64,000 nt of DNA from Trueperaceae bacterium (GTDB lineage: Bacteria; Deinococcota; Deinococci; Deinococcales; Trueperaceae): the NCBI GenBank assembly GCA_965213925.1, contig OZ243927.1, positions 3,520,001-3,584,000 on the forward strand, in the 5' to 3' direction. Of this stretch, positions 52,088-62,200 are shown in pieces. A model generated the notes under the pieces. It had not been told where the DNA came from. It did no database searches and was given only the letters and a program-made list of their open reading frames with translations. Made by a program: the position numbers and the translations under genes. Position 1 is the stretch's first letter, and each line of letters starts with the position of its first letter.

Positions 52088-52608
52088 GTCGACACAAGCA
52101 CGTCATGAGCGTGACCGTGCGTGACAAACCGGGCGTCTTGGTGCGCATTGCCAGCCTCTTCGCGCGGCGCGGCTTCAATATCGAGTCGCTCTCGGTTGCT
52201 CAATCTGAAACGCCGGGCATCTCCCGCACGACCTTCGTCGTGAGAGGTGAAGACGAAACCATCGAACAGGTCGAGAAGCAACTGCAAAAGCTCATCGAGG
52301 TTATCAAAGTGGTAGACCACTCCGAAGCCGCCTTCGTAGACCGCGAGCTGATGCTCCTCAAGGTCGCTGTGAAAACGCCTGAAGACCGCGTAGACATCCG
52401 CCAGATGGCGCAGGACTTTCGCGCCCGCATCGTGGACGTTCACCGCGACGCGCTGACCTTTGAAATCACCGGAGACGAGGGTAAGATGGGCGCGTTCATC
52501 GAGCAGATGCGTCCGTATGGAATTTTGGAACTCATCCGCACAGGACGGGTTGCGCTGACCAGGAGCGCCGCCGATCCGAGATTACCGAAGCAGTTAGAAG
52601 TAGCGTGA
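52084..52608 (+). CDS. ilvN: Acetolactate synthase small subunit
   Basis: PGVLVRIASLFARRGFNIESL, RELML.K, RTG. Confidence 0.96.
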   Translation: MSRHKHVMSVTVRDKPGVLVRIASLFARRGFNIESLSVAQSETPGISRTTFVVRGEDETIEQVEKQLQKLIEVIKVVDHSEAAFVDRELMLLKVAVKTPEDRVDIRQMAQDFRARIVDVHRDALTFEITGDEGKMGAFIEQMRPYGILELIRTGRVALTRSAADPRLPKQLEVA

Positions 52609-52623
52609 AAGAAGAGAAAAGTC

Positions 52624-52690
52624 AAAAGGACTGAGGACTGAGGACTGAGAGAAAAGTCTTTTTACTCAGTCCTCAGCACTCAGTCCTTTT
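52624..52690. repeat. Heptamer (GGACTGA)x3 hairpin
   Basis: AAAAGGACTGAGGACTGAGGACTGAG ... CTCAGTCCTCAGCACTCAGTCCTTTT. Confidence 0.8.
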
Positions 52691-52736
52691 CTCTTTATTT
52701 TAGCAACAGCAATTCATCATCCTTTAGGAGAACATA

Positions 52737-53735
52737 GTGGCGAATATCTATTACGACAGCGACGCAAATTTAGAACATCTACAGGGCAAGACTATCGCCG
52801 TCATCGGCTACGGCTCGCAGGGACACGCGCACGCACTGAACGCAAAAGACTCGGGCTGCGAAGTGGTGGTTGGCTTGCGCAAGGGCTCAGCGTCTTGGAT
52901 GGAGGCGGAAGAGCACGGCTTAGAGGTCATGGAGGTGGCCGAAGCCGCTAAAGCGGGCGACTTAGTGATGATTCTCCTGCCTGATGAGGTACAGGGGCGC
53001 GTGTATCAGGAGCAGATTGCGCCGAATTTAGAAGCAGAGAACGCCCTCTTGTTCGCGCACGGCTTCAATATCCAATTCGGTCAGATTACGCCGCCTCATG
53101 AGGTAGACGTGTTCATGGTTGCACCCAAAGGTCCGGGGCATTTGGTTCGTCGGACGTTTGCGGAAGGCGGCGGCGTTCCGTGCCTCATGGCGATTCAGCA
53201 GGACGCGACGGGCACGGCGAAGCAGCGGGCGTTAGCCTATGCCAAAGCCATCGGCGGCACAAGAGGCGGCGTGTTAGAGACCACCTTCAAAGAAGAGACC
53301 GAAACCGACCTCTTCGGTGAGCAGGCGGTCCTCTGCGGCGGTGTGACCGAACTCATGCGTTCAGGGTTTGAAACGCTCGTCGAGGCGGGCTATCAACCCG
53401 AGATCGCCTACTTCGAATGCGTTCACGAGATGAAGCTCATCGTGGACCTCATCTATGAGGGCGGCTTCGAGCGGATGCGCTACAGCATCTCGAACACGGC
53501 AGAGTACGGCGACTACGTGACGGGTCCGCGCATGGTCACGGACGAGACTAGAGCGGAGATGAAGCGCGTCTTGAAAGAGATTCAGTCGGGCAAGTTTGCG
53601 CGGGAGTTTTTGCTCGAGAACCAAGTCGGTCAGCCCACCTTAAAAGCTGGACGCAAAGCGACGGGCGAAACGCAAGTGGCGCAAGTCGGGCAAGGTTTGC
53701 GGAAGATGATGCCGTTTATTAAGAGTAGCGATTAG
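52737..53735 (+). CDS. ilvC: Ketol-acid reductoisomerase
   Basis: [27 protein letters not shown]. Confidence 0.98.
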   Translation: MANIYYDSDANLEHLQGKTIAVIGYGSQGHAHALNAKDSGCEVVVGLRKGSASWMEAEEHGLEVMEVAEAAKAGDLVMILLPDEVQGRVYQEQIAPNLEAENALLFAHGFNIQFGQITPPHEVDVFMVAPKGPGHLVRRTFAEGGGVPCLMAIQQDATGTAKQRALAYAKAIGGTRGGVLETTFKEETETDLFGEQAVLCGGVTELMRSGFETLVEAGYQPEIAYFECVHEMKLIVDLIYEGGFERMRYSISNTAEYGDYVTGPRMVTDETRAEMKRVLKEIQSGKFAREFLLENQVGQPTLKAGRKATGETQVAQVGQGLRKMMPFIKSSD

Positions 53736-53769
53736 CTATTGGCTTTTAGGTATTAGCCAAGTCCTAGCT

Positions 53770-53892
53770 TGTCACCCTGTTCACGAAGTACGGCGAAGCC
53801 TGGTTGTCGAAGGGTCTCGTCTTGCAATCTCGGCAAGAGAAGAAGGCGAATGCAGAGATTCTTCATTCCGCTTCGCTCCATTCAGAATGACA
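53770..53892 (+). repeat. REP-doublet core (copy 7) without the TIR shell
   Basis: TGTCACCCTG..AAGGGTCTCG ... GAGATTCTTC..TTCAGAATGACA. Confidence 0.8.
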
Positions 53893-54068
53893 TAACTGTA
53901 GTAGCTAAGTCCTTTCGAGTAAGAGGTCTAAATATGTTTGAGTCAAAACAGATGAATTGGTTGGAGTTACTAGGACGCGGGCTCGGCAACAACCAGCGAC
54001 TACGCTTTTAGCTAACGGCTAAGAGCCTCGAACACCTAAAACCAACCTCTTCTCGAAAGGAACTTAAC

Positions 54069-55649
54069 ATGGCTTACATCAACATCTTCGACACCACCCT
54101 CCGCGACGGCGAGCAGTCTCCCGGTGTCGCGCTCAATACGGGACAGAAGCTCGAGATCGCCCACGCCTTAGCGCGTTTGGGCGTGGACATCATCGAAGCG
54201 GGCTTCCCCATCGCCAGCGACGGCGACTTCGACTGCGTGTATCAGATCGCCAAACAGGTCAAAGGTCCCGTCATCTGCGGCTTGGCACGGACACATAAGC
54301 TCGACATCGAGCGGGCAGCGCAAGCGATTGAACCAGCGGAAAAGGGGCGCATTCACACCTTTACGAGCGCGTCTAAAGTGCACCTGGAGTACATCCTCAA
54401 AAAAACTGAGGAAGAGGTGCTCGAGCTGTCCGATGAGATGGTCCGCTACGCCAAGAGGTTCACCGATGACGTAGAGTTCTCCGCGCAGGACTGTATGCGG
54501 GCGAGCCCCGACTTCGTTTACAGACTCGTCCGAACGGCGATTGAGGCGGGCGCGACGACGGTCAATATTCCTGACACGACGGGCTACGGCACGCCCGAGG
54601 AGTACGGCGCACTGATTAAAAGCATCTTCGAGCACGTCCCCGAAGCCGCTAACGTCGCCATCTCCACGCACTGCCACGACGACTTAGGCATGGCGGTGGC
54701 GAACTCCTTAGCCGCCGTCGAAAACGGCGCGACGCAGATTGAATGCACCATCAACGGCATCGGTGAGCGAGCCGGGAATACCTCTTTAGAGGAGTGCGTC
54801 ATGGCGCTCTACACCCGTAAGGACCACTACGGCGCGGACATCGGCATCCACACCCAGGAGATTTACAACGTCTCGCGCCTCGTCCAGCGCCACACCGGGA
54901 TGAGCGTCCCGCCGAACAAAGCCATCGTCGGTGACAATGCGTTCGCGCACGAGTCGGGCATCCACCAAGATGGCGTTTTGAAGCACAAAGCCACCTACGA
55001 AATCATGAACGCCGAACTCGTCGGGCGCGAGGCGGGCGTGCTGGTGATGGGCAAGCACTCCGGGCGGCACGCCTTCAAAAAGGCGCTCATGGACATGGGC
55101 TACGACTTGGAGAACGAAGTCCCCGACCACGGCATCAGCGCGGACTCGGTGGATGTATTGTTCAAACGCTTCAAAGATTTGGCAGATCATAAGGGAGCCG
55201 TTGACACGAACGACATCCGGGCGTTAGTGGAAAACGAAGTGATGAAGGTGGCGGAAACGTACAAGCTCGAGCACGTCCAGTTCCAATCCGGTACGGGCGG
55301 CATGACCCCTTCCGCGTTGGTGCGTCTCGGCACGCCCGAAGGCATTATGGAGGAGACCTCTTTAGGGGACGGTCCCGTAGACGCCTCGTTCAAGGCGCTC
55401 GCTAAGCTGACGCCTATTCCTTTTAGCCTCGAGTCCTACGACCTCAAAGCCATCGGCAAAGGGACGGACGCGCTCGGTGAGGTGTCGATTCGCGTGAATA
55501 GCGACGGGCAGATTGTCTCGGGACGCGCCGTTTCGACGGATGTGGTGCACGCTTCGGTGCTCGCCTATGTGGATGTTCTCAATAAGTTGGCGGCGGGGAT
55601 TGGACGGAATAAGGAGGCGGCGAACCGGATTACGATGACGACGCCGTGA
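54069..55649 (+). CDS. leuA: 2-isopropylmalate synthase
   Basis: [31 protein letters not shown]. Confidence 0.96.
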   Translation: MAYINIFDTTLRDGEQSPGVALNTGQKLEIAHALARLGVDIIEAGFPIASDGDFDCVYQIAKQVKGPVICGLARTHKLDIERAAQAIEPAEKGRIHTFTSASKVHLEYILKKTEEEVLELSDEMVRYAKRFTDDVEFSAQDCMRASPDFVYRLVRTAIEAGATTVNIPDTTGYGTPEEYGALIKSIFEHVPEAANVAISTHCHDDLGMAVANSLAAVENGATQIECTINGIGERAGNTSLEECVMALYTRKDHYGADIGIHTQEIYNVSRLVQRHTGMSVPPNKAIVGDNAFAHESGIHQDGVLKHKATYEIMNAELVGREAGVLVMGKHSGRHAFKKALMDMGYDLENEVPDHGISADSVDVLFKRFKDLADHKGAVDTNDIRALVENEVMKVAETYKLEHVQFQSGTGGMTPSALVRLGTPEGIMEETSLGDGPVDASFKALAKLTPIPFSLESYDLKAIGKGTDALGEVSIRVNSDGQIVSGRAVSTDVVHASVLAYVDVLNKLAAGIGRNKEAANRITMTTP

Positions 55650-55653
55650 GATT

Positions 55654-55842
55654 ATGGATGAGGATAAGAGGTTGAACGATGTGCCGAGAGCGTCCAGTGT
55701 TTCTAAGGCTAGGACGCTCGAGGCGATAGGTGAGTTTTGGGATGAGCACGACCTTACGGAGTTTGATTCGGACGTGCCGGACGTTGACTTCGATATAAAC
55801 CCGAATCTTCGTGTTCTCAGCGCAGAGCAAAGCGAGAAATGA
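55654..55842 (+). pseudogene. Truncated CopG/BrnA-like antitoxin
   Basis: IGEFWDEHDLTEF motif; no C-terminal RHH; no adjacent toxin. Confidence 0.5.
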
Positions 55843-56528
55843 ACTGGCTCTATAACGAACTCCAGCAAATCGGCGTGGACTTCTCGAGCCAAGCCGAGGT
55901 CGCGGCGTATGACCAGAAGCAGGGCTCGAACTCGCCCGAAGCCTGCCGCGAACTGCTGGGGAGGTTAGGCGTCGGCGCAGATGACAGGGTGCTCGAGTTC
56001 GGTACGGCGACGGGCAACCTGACGATTGAAGCTGCCAAGAGGTGTCAGCACGCTTACGGGGTGGATGTGTCTTTACCGATGCTCGAGTACGCACGGACGA
56101 AAGCTGAAAGAGTAGGGATAAATAACGTCACCTTCGTTCATGCTGGATTTTTGAGCTATGAGCACGACGCGCCACCTGCTGATTTCGTCATCACAAAGTT
56201 CGCGCTTCATCACCTCTCTGACTTTTGGAAAGCTCGAGCGCTGCTCAACGTAGCGTCTTCGCTCAAAGTAGGCGGGCGTCTATACCTGCAAGATGTCATC
56301 TTCTCCTTTTCGCCCCAAGCGGCTGAGCGAGAGGTTGAAGCGTGGATTCAAGAGGTGACAGGCTATAGTGGGTTCACTCGAGCTGAGTTCGAAACGCATG
56401 TGCGTGATGAATACAGTACCTTTGACTGGATTATGGACGGGTTGTTGATGAGAACAGGTTTCAAGATTCTGGGGAAGAATGTAGAGTCAACTACTTACGC
56501 TGACTATCTTTGCGAGAGGGTGAGTTAG
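55839..56528 (+). CDS. Class I SAM-dependent methyltransferase
   Basis: VLEFGTATG, GVDVS, ALHHL, LKVGG. Confidence 0.88.
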   Translation: MNWLYNELQQIGVDFSSQAEVAAYDQKQGSNSPEACRELLGRLGVGADDRVLEFGTATGNLTIEAAKRCQHAYGVDVSLPMLEYARTKAERVGINNVTFVHAGFLSYEHDAPPADFVITKFALHHLSDFWKARALLNVASSLKVGGRLYLQDVIFSFSPQAAEREVEAWIQEVTGYSGFTRAEFETHVRDEYSTFDWIMDGLLMRTGFKILGKNVESTTYADYLCERVS

Positions 56529-56557
56529 CCGCATACCTGACGGCGCTTAGCATCCAG

Positions 56558-56974
56558 ATGGCAAAAGACAAATTCCACGACATCGTCTGGGACGCTCTCA
56601 TTAAGGACGGCTGGGAGATCACCCACGACCCATATGTGCTCCCTATTCCCGAATTCAAGCCGATGCAGATTGACTTGGGCGCAGAAAGAGTGTTAGCGGC
56701 GCAAAAGGAGAAAGAGAGGATTGCGGTAGAGGTCAAGAGCTTTGTTAGTCCGTCTTTTTTGCACGACTTTTACGGAGCGATTGGGCAGTTTATTGCTTAT
56801 AGGACAGCGTTGAAAATGAAGGAACCTGAGCGCGTCCTTTATCTGGCTGTGCCGAGCGGCGTTTATAACACCTTCTTCGGACGTGGTTTGACTGAAAAGC
56901 AGTCATTTAAAGATGGGCGCATCAAGCTGATCGTCTATCATATTATCAATAAGGAGGTCATTTTATGGCGTTAG
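56558..56974 (+). CDS. xisH: XisH-family protein
   Basis: MAKDKFHDIV..ALIKDGWEITHDP, IDLGAE, IAVEVKSF, RVLYLAVP. Confidence 0.92.
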   Translation: MAKDKFHDIVWDALIKDGWEITHDPYVLPIPEFKPMQIDLGAERVLAAQKEKERIAVEVKSFVSPSFLHDFYGAIGQFIAYRTALKMKEPERVLYLAVPSGVYNTFFGRGLTEKQSFKDGRIKLIVYHIINKEVILWR

Positions 56975-57318
56975 AGGAACGTCGGCGGATTGTTAAGCAG
57001 GTGCTGAGCAATACGTCGGAGAGCATAGCGACCGCCGAAGGGATAAACATTCAGCTTGTCTTAGACGAAATGCGCGACCACTATCATCTTGTGCAGGTCG
57101 GGTGGCTGGGCGACAAGCGCATCTGCGGGAGTTTTATCCATATTGACCTTATCGGTGAGCAGGTTTGGATTCAGTATGACGGAACAGAGCACGGCATTGC
57201 GTTTGACCTTATAAAGCTAGGTATTCCGAAAACAGACATTGTGCTCGCCTACTACGAACCCGCCCACCGAGTCCTTACTGAATTTGGAACAGGCGATCAA
57301 CACGCGGAAGCTGCCTGA
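56965..57318 (+). CDS. xisI: XisI-family protein
   Basis: DHYHLVQVGW, IHID, WIQYDGTEHGIA, GIPKTDIVL. Confidence 0.92.
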   Translation: MALEERRRIVKQVLSNTSESIATAEGINIQLVLDEMRDHYHLVQVGWLGDKRICGSFIHIDLIGEQVWIQYDGTEHGIAFDLIKLGIPKTDIVLAYYEPAHRVLTEFGTGDQHAEAA

Positions 57319-57331
57319 ACGAGTGAAATAG

Positions 57332-58927
57332 ATGACTATCAAAACCGCAATCGAAATCTACGACACCACCCTCCGCGACGGCACCCAAGGGCAAGGCTTC
57401 AACCTAACGAGCGAGGATAAGGTCGCCATCGCCAAACGCTTAGACGCCTTCGGCGTGGACTTCATCGAGGGCGGCTGGCCCGGCTCGAACCCGAAAGACG
57501 TGCGCTTTTTCGAGTTGATGAAAAACGTGCCGCTCGTCCATGCGCGGCTGACAGCGTTCGGCTCGACGCGGCGCAAAGGGGTCAAGCCGGAGGATGACGC
57601 GAACTTACAGACGCTCTTAGCAGCGCAGACGCCTGTGGTGACGATTTTCGGGAAGTCGTGGGACTTGCATGTGGTGGAGGCGTTGGGGGCGACGCTGGAA
57701 GAAAACCTCGAGATGATTCGCGACTCGGTGGCGTTTCTTAAATCACAAGGGAAATTCGTGATTTACGATGCAGAGCATTTCTTCGATGGACACCGGGCGG
57801 ATAGGGGATATGCCTTTAAGACCTTGCAAGCCGCTGCAGACGGCGGCGCAGACAGGCTCGTGCTGTGCGACACGAACGGCGGGTCATTGCCACAAGAGGT
57901 TGCTTCGCTTGTAACACAGGCGAGGGAACGTTTCAGTATTCTCGTCGGCATCCACACCCATAATGACTGCGAGTTAGCGGTGGCGAACTCACTCTCTGCA
58001 GTTCAGGCGGGCGCGGCTCATATACAGGGAACGGTCAACGGCTACGGCGAGCGGTGCGGCAACGCGAACCTCATTTCAGTCATTCCAAACTTGGCGCTGA
58101 AATTGGGTTTTGAGCAGCCGCAGGATTTGGTGGGGCTGCGTGACCTCTCGAGGTACGTAGACGAACGCGCCAACATGCAGCCGAACCCAAGGGCGGCTTA
58201 CGTCGGCGATGCGGCGTTTGCCCATAAGGGCGGCGTCCACGTCTCAGCGGTCAACAAGAATCCAGAAACGTACGAACACATTAGACCCGAAGAGGTCGGC
58301 AATTCGCGCAACGTGCTCCTCTCCGACCTCTCGGGGCGGGCGAACGTCCTGGCGAAGTATGGCGCAGACCATAGCAGTGCGGGGCAGGTTCAAGAGGTCG
58401 TGGCGCGGCTTAAAGAGTTAGAGCACCGCGGCTACGCCTTTGAGGGAGCCGAAGCCTCGTTTCACCTCATGAGCCAAAAGGTGCGAGGGGAATATCAGCC
58501 CTACTTCATCCTGCACGGCTACCGCGTCAACATTGACAAGCGCGACCAAGACAATAAGCCGATGTGCGAGGCAACCATCAAGGTGGAGGTGGGCGGGCAG
58601 CTAGAGCACACCGCCGCCACCGGGGATGGTCCAGTCAACGCGCTAGATGCCGCTTTGGGCAAAGCGCTGATGCGCTTCTACCCGATGCTCGCTGACCTCA
58701 CGCTTACCGATTACAAGGTGCGCGTCTTGTCCGGTCCCGAAACGGGCACGGCGAGCGTGGTGCGTGTGCAGGTCGAAACAACCGACGGCGAAAGCTCCTG
58801 GGGCACCGTCGGCGCGGACACCAACATCATCGACGCCTCGTATGAAGCCTTGATTGACGCGATTGAATATAAACTCTTTCGGGACAAGGTCGCGCCTAAG
58901 TTAAGCCCAGTGGGTGAGAGCGCCTAA
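57332..58927 (+). CDS. cimA: Citramalate synthase
   Basis: DTTLRDGTQG, GGWPGSNPKD, DAEHFFDG, CDTNGG, HKGGVH. Confidence 0.92.
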   Translation: MTIKTAIEIYDTTLRDGTQGQGFNLTSEDKVAIAKRLDAFGVDFIEGGWPGSNPKDVRFFELMKNVPLVHARLTAFGSTRRKGVKPEDDANLQTLLAAQTPVVTIFGKSWDLHVVEALGATLEENLEMIRDSVAFLKSQGKFVIYDAEHFFDGHRADRGYAFKTLQAAADGGADRLVLCDTNGGSLPQEVASLVTQARERFSILVGIHTHNDCELAVANSLSAVQAGAAHIQGTVNGYGERCGNANLISVIPNLALKLGFEQPQDLVGLRDLSRYVDERANMQPNPRAAYVGDAAFAHKGGVHVSAVNKNPETYEHIRPEEVGNSRNVLLSDLSGRANVLAKYGADHSSAGQVQEVVARLKELEHRGYAFEGAEASFHLMSQKVRGEYQPYFILHGYRVNIDKRDQDNKPMCEATIKVEVGGQLEHTAATGDGPVNALDAALGKALMRFYPMLADLTLTDYKVRVLSGPETGTASVVRVQVETTDGESSWGTVGADTNIIDASYEALIDAIEYKLFRDKVAPKLSPVGESA

Positions 58928-59100
58928 GATTCGTAGGTGATGCGGGCAGGAGTGGGAAAATATACATTTGGGTATACAGGTTAATATGTCGTGCTCGAGC
59001 CACCCGATATGAGAGCGCTTAGGGCTTCTTTTCTGGCACATTCCTGACAGGAAAGCGCGATTTGACCTCTCTCATGAAGGAAAAGCTGACATCGTGAAAA

Positions 59101-59130
59101 TTGACACGCATCCTCACCAAACGCTATAAT
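59101..59130 (+). promoter_or_regulatory. Sigma70-type promoter of gltB
   Basis: TTGACA-18 nt-TATAAT. Confidence 0.85.
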
Positions 59131-59290
59131 TGCCCTTGCGCCGCTCACAATGCAGGTCGCACTTCTTCATCATCATGCCCATACGTGCATGAACTCTCAC
59201 AGCATGTGACGCTACATCTCACGACTGCAAGACCTTTTCGCGTTTTTCTCAGTCGGTGGGCTTAGTTAGCTTTATCTGACTTGCACAACT

Positions 59291-62200
59291 ATGTTCAGCT
59301 TTGCAGGTTTACCGGGGGCGGAAAGGGAAGACCTAGTGACACGATATTCTAACTTTCAGACGCTGGCGTATCCTCATGAACGCGACGCCTGTGGGGTGGG
59401 CTTCGTCGCGGATATACAGGGGCGCAGAACACACAAAATTTTAGAGCACGCGCTCACTGCGCTCTGCAACCTCTCGCACCGGGGCGCGGTCAGCGCGGAC
59501 GGGCTCACGGGCGACGGCGCGGGCGTCCTGACGCAGATTCCCTATAGGCTCCTTCGGCGGGAATTGACGGCGCAAGGTATCCAGTTGGAGAAGGATAGTG
59601 ACCTCGCCGTTGGGAGCTTTTTCGTCTCGAACTTTGCACCTGAAGATGAGGTTTTTGGTCTGATTGATGAGGTGATTGAGGACTCGAGCTTAGGCTTTCT
59701 TATGTGGCGCGACCTGCCCACGAATGACGACGCACTGGGCGACGACGCCCGCCGCCGCCGCCCAGTCATGCGGCAAGTGTTGCTGCAGCGTCCCGAAGGG
59801 TTAGATGACGCTGCTTTTGAGCGCCTGCTCTACCTCACGCGCAAGCGGATCGAGAACCGTCTCTTTGAAGCCGACCTCGGGCGCACCTACATCCCGTCGT
59901 TCTCGCACCAGACGCTCGCCTACAAAGGCCTCATGGTCGCGCCGCAACTGAGCGCGTTCTACTTGGACCTCGCGGACCCGGACTTTGAAACGGCGCTCGC
60001 CGTTTTTCACCAGCGCTACTCGACGAACACCTTTCCGCGCTGGTCCTTAGCGCAGCCGTTTCGCTTTTTGGCGCACAACGGCGAGATCAATACGCTCCAG
60101 GGCAACGTGAATTTCATGCGGGCGCGGGAGATGGTTTTGAAAAGTGGCGTATGGGGCGACGAGATAGACGACCTCTTGCCGATTATCGAACCCGGCGGCA
60201 GCGACTCAGCCGCGCTCGACAACGCCTTCGAACTCCTTACGCTCTCCGGGCGCGACCTCTTACATACGCTTATGATGCTCGCGCCGCAAGCCTATGAGGA
60301 GAACGAGCAGTTGGAGCCCGAACTGCGCGGTTTCTACGAATACCACGCCGCGCTAATGGAGCCCTGGGACGGTCCAGCCGCGCTCGCCTTTTCGGACGGG
60401 CGCACCGCCGTCGCCGCGCTCGACCGCAACGGGCTGCGCCCCCAGCGCTACTGGATCAGCGAAGAGGGCACCGTCGTCGTCGGCTCCGAGGCGGGGATGG
60501 TAGACCTGCCGGGTGAGACCATCATCGAAAAAGGTCGCCTCGGCCCAGGCATGATGCTGGCGGTAGACACGGAAAATCACCGCGTGCTGCACGACGCGGA
60601 CATCAAAGCGGAGGTGGCGTCGCGTCAGCCTTACGCGAAGTGGATCGAGGAGCACATGTTACGCCCCGAGCCGCAGCCTGACGTGGTCGCGGCGAGAGGG
60701 TGGGAGGAAGGCGCTCTCTTGCGCGCTCAGAGCTTGTTCGGCTACCACAAGGAGGAGATCGAGCGCATCTTCGAACCGATGGTCTTCGGCGCGAAGATTC
60801 CGGTGGGCTCGATGGGGGACGATACGCCTTTAGCCGTTCTGTCTGAGCAACCTCAAGGGCTCTACCGCTACTTCAAACAGCGCTTCGCCCAGGTGACGAA
60901 CCCGCCGATTGACCCCCTGCGCGAACGCTTGGTCATGTCCTTAGAGACCGTTGTCGGACCGCGCGGCAGCCTCTTAGAAGAGGATGAGATGTCCGCGAGG
61001 GTCATGGAGTTCGACTCGCCCGTGCTGGATGAGGGGACGTTCAACTGGTTGCGCACGCAGACTCTGTACAGGGTTTGCACGCTGCAAACGTCTTTCGAAG
61101 TGGCGGAAGGACCGGAGGGCTTGGAACCTGCTTTAGAGACCCTCTGCCAGAGCGCAGAAGAAGCCGTCCGCTCCGGCTGCGGCGTCCTCGTCCTCTCGGA
61201 CCGTGAAGTGGACAGCGACTGGGCTCCCATCCCGATGCTCTTAGCGACGGCGGCGGTGCACCACCACCTCTTGAAACTTGGACTGCGCACCCGCACCGCG
61301 CTGGTGTGCGACACGGGCGAGCCGAGAGAAGACCACCACATCGCCTGCTTGATCGGCTACGGCGCGGCGCTAGTACATCCCTATTTGGGTTTTGCGAGTG
61401 CCAGGGACGTAGGGCAGAACACCAAACGCGAAGAGCCCATCCACCCGGAGGAAGCCGCGCAGAACTACAAGAAGGTGCTCGAGCAGGGTCTCCTCAAAAT
61501 CATGTCCAAGATGGGCATCTCAGCGGTGTCATCGTACCGAGGGGCGCAGATTTTTGAAGCGATTGGCGTGAGTCAAGAGGTCACTGACAAGTATTTTGTC
61601 GGGACGCCCAGCCGTATCGGTGGGGCGGGTTTAGAGGTGTTTGCTAGAGACGCGCTGCAGTTCCACGCGGCGGCGCTTGGCGAAAACCCGGCGCTGCAAG
61701 ATAGAGGTGTCTACCGCTTCCGCAAAGCGGGCGAGTATCACGCCCTAAACCCGCTCGTCTTCAAGGCGCTCCACAAAGCGGTGCGCACGGAGAGTTTCGA
61801 AGCGTTCGAGGAGTACGCTAAGCGCGTGGACGAGCGTCCGGTGTGCAACCTGCGCGACCTCTTGCAGTACAAGAAGGCAGGCGCGCCGCTTCCCTTAGAA
61901 GAGGTCGAGCCCGCCGAGGCTATCGTCAAACGCTTCACCACGCAGGCGATGAGCCACGGGTCGGTCTCCCGCGAAACCCACGAAACCCTCTCCATCGCCA
62001 TGAACCGCCTCCAAGCGAAGAGCAACTCGGGCGAAGGCGGCGAAGACCCCGTGCGCTTTCAGCCTTACGAGCACGACCTGGACGACTCGGACGCCTACCA
62101 CAGCCCGTGGCATCCTAAAGCGGGCGACTGGGGCAACAGCGCGATTAAACAGGTTGCGTCGGGGCGTTTCGGCGTGACGCCGGATTATCTGGTGTCGGCT

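Noticed and set aside
54086..57385. Shared CGACACCACCCTCCGCGACGGC in leuA and cimA as an insertion duplication
   Set aside because: Explained by the conserved DTTLRDG motif of two full-length paralogues
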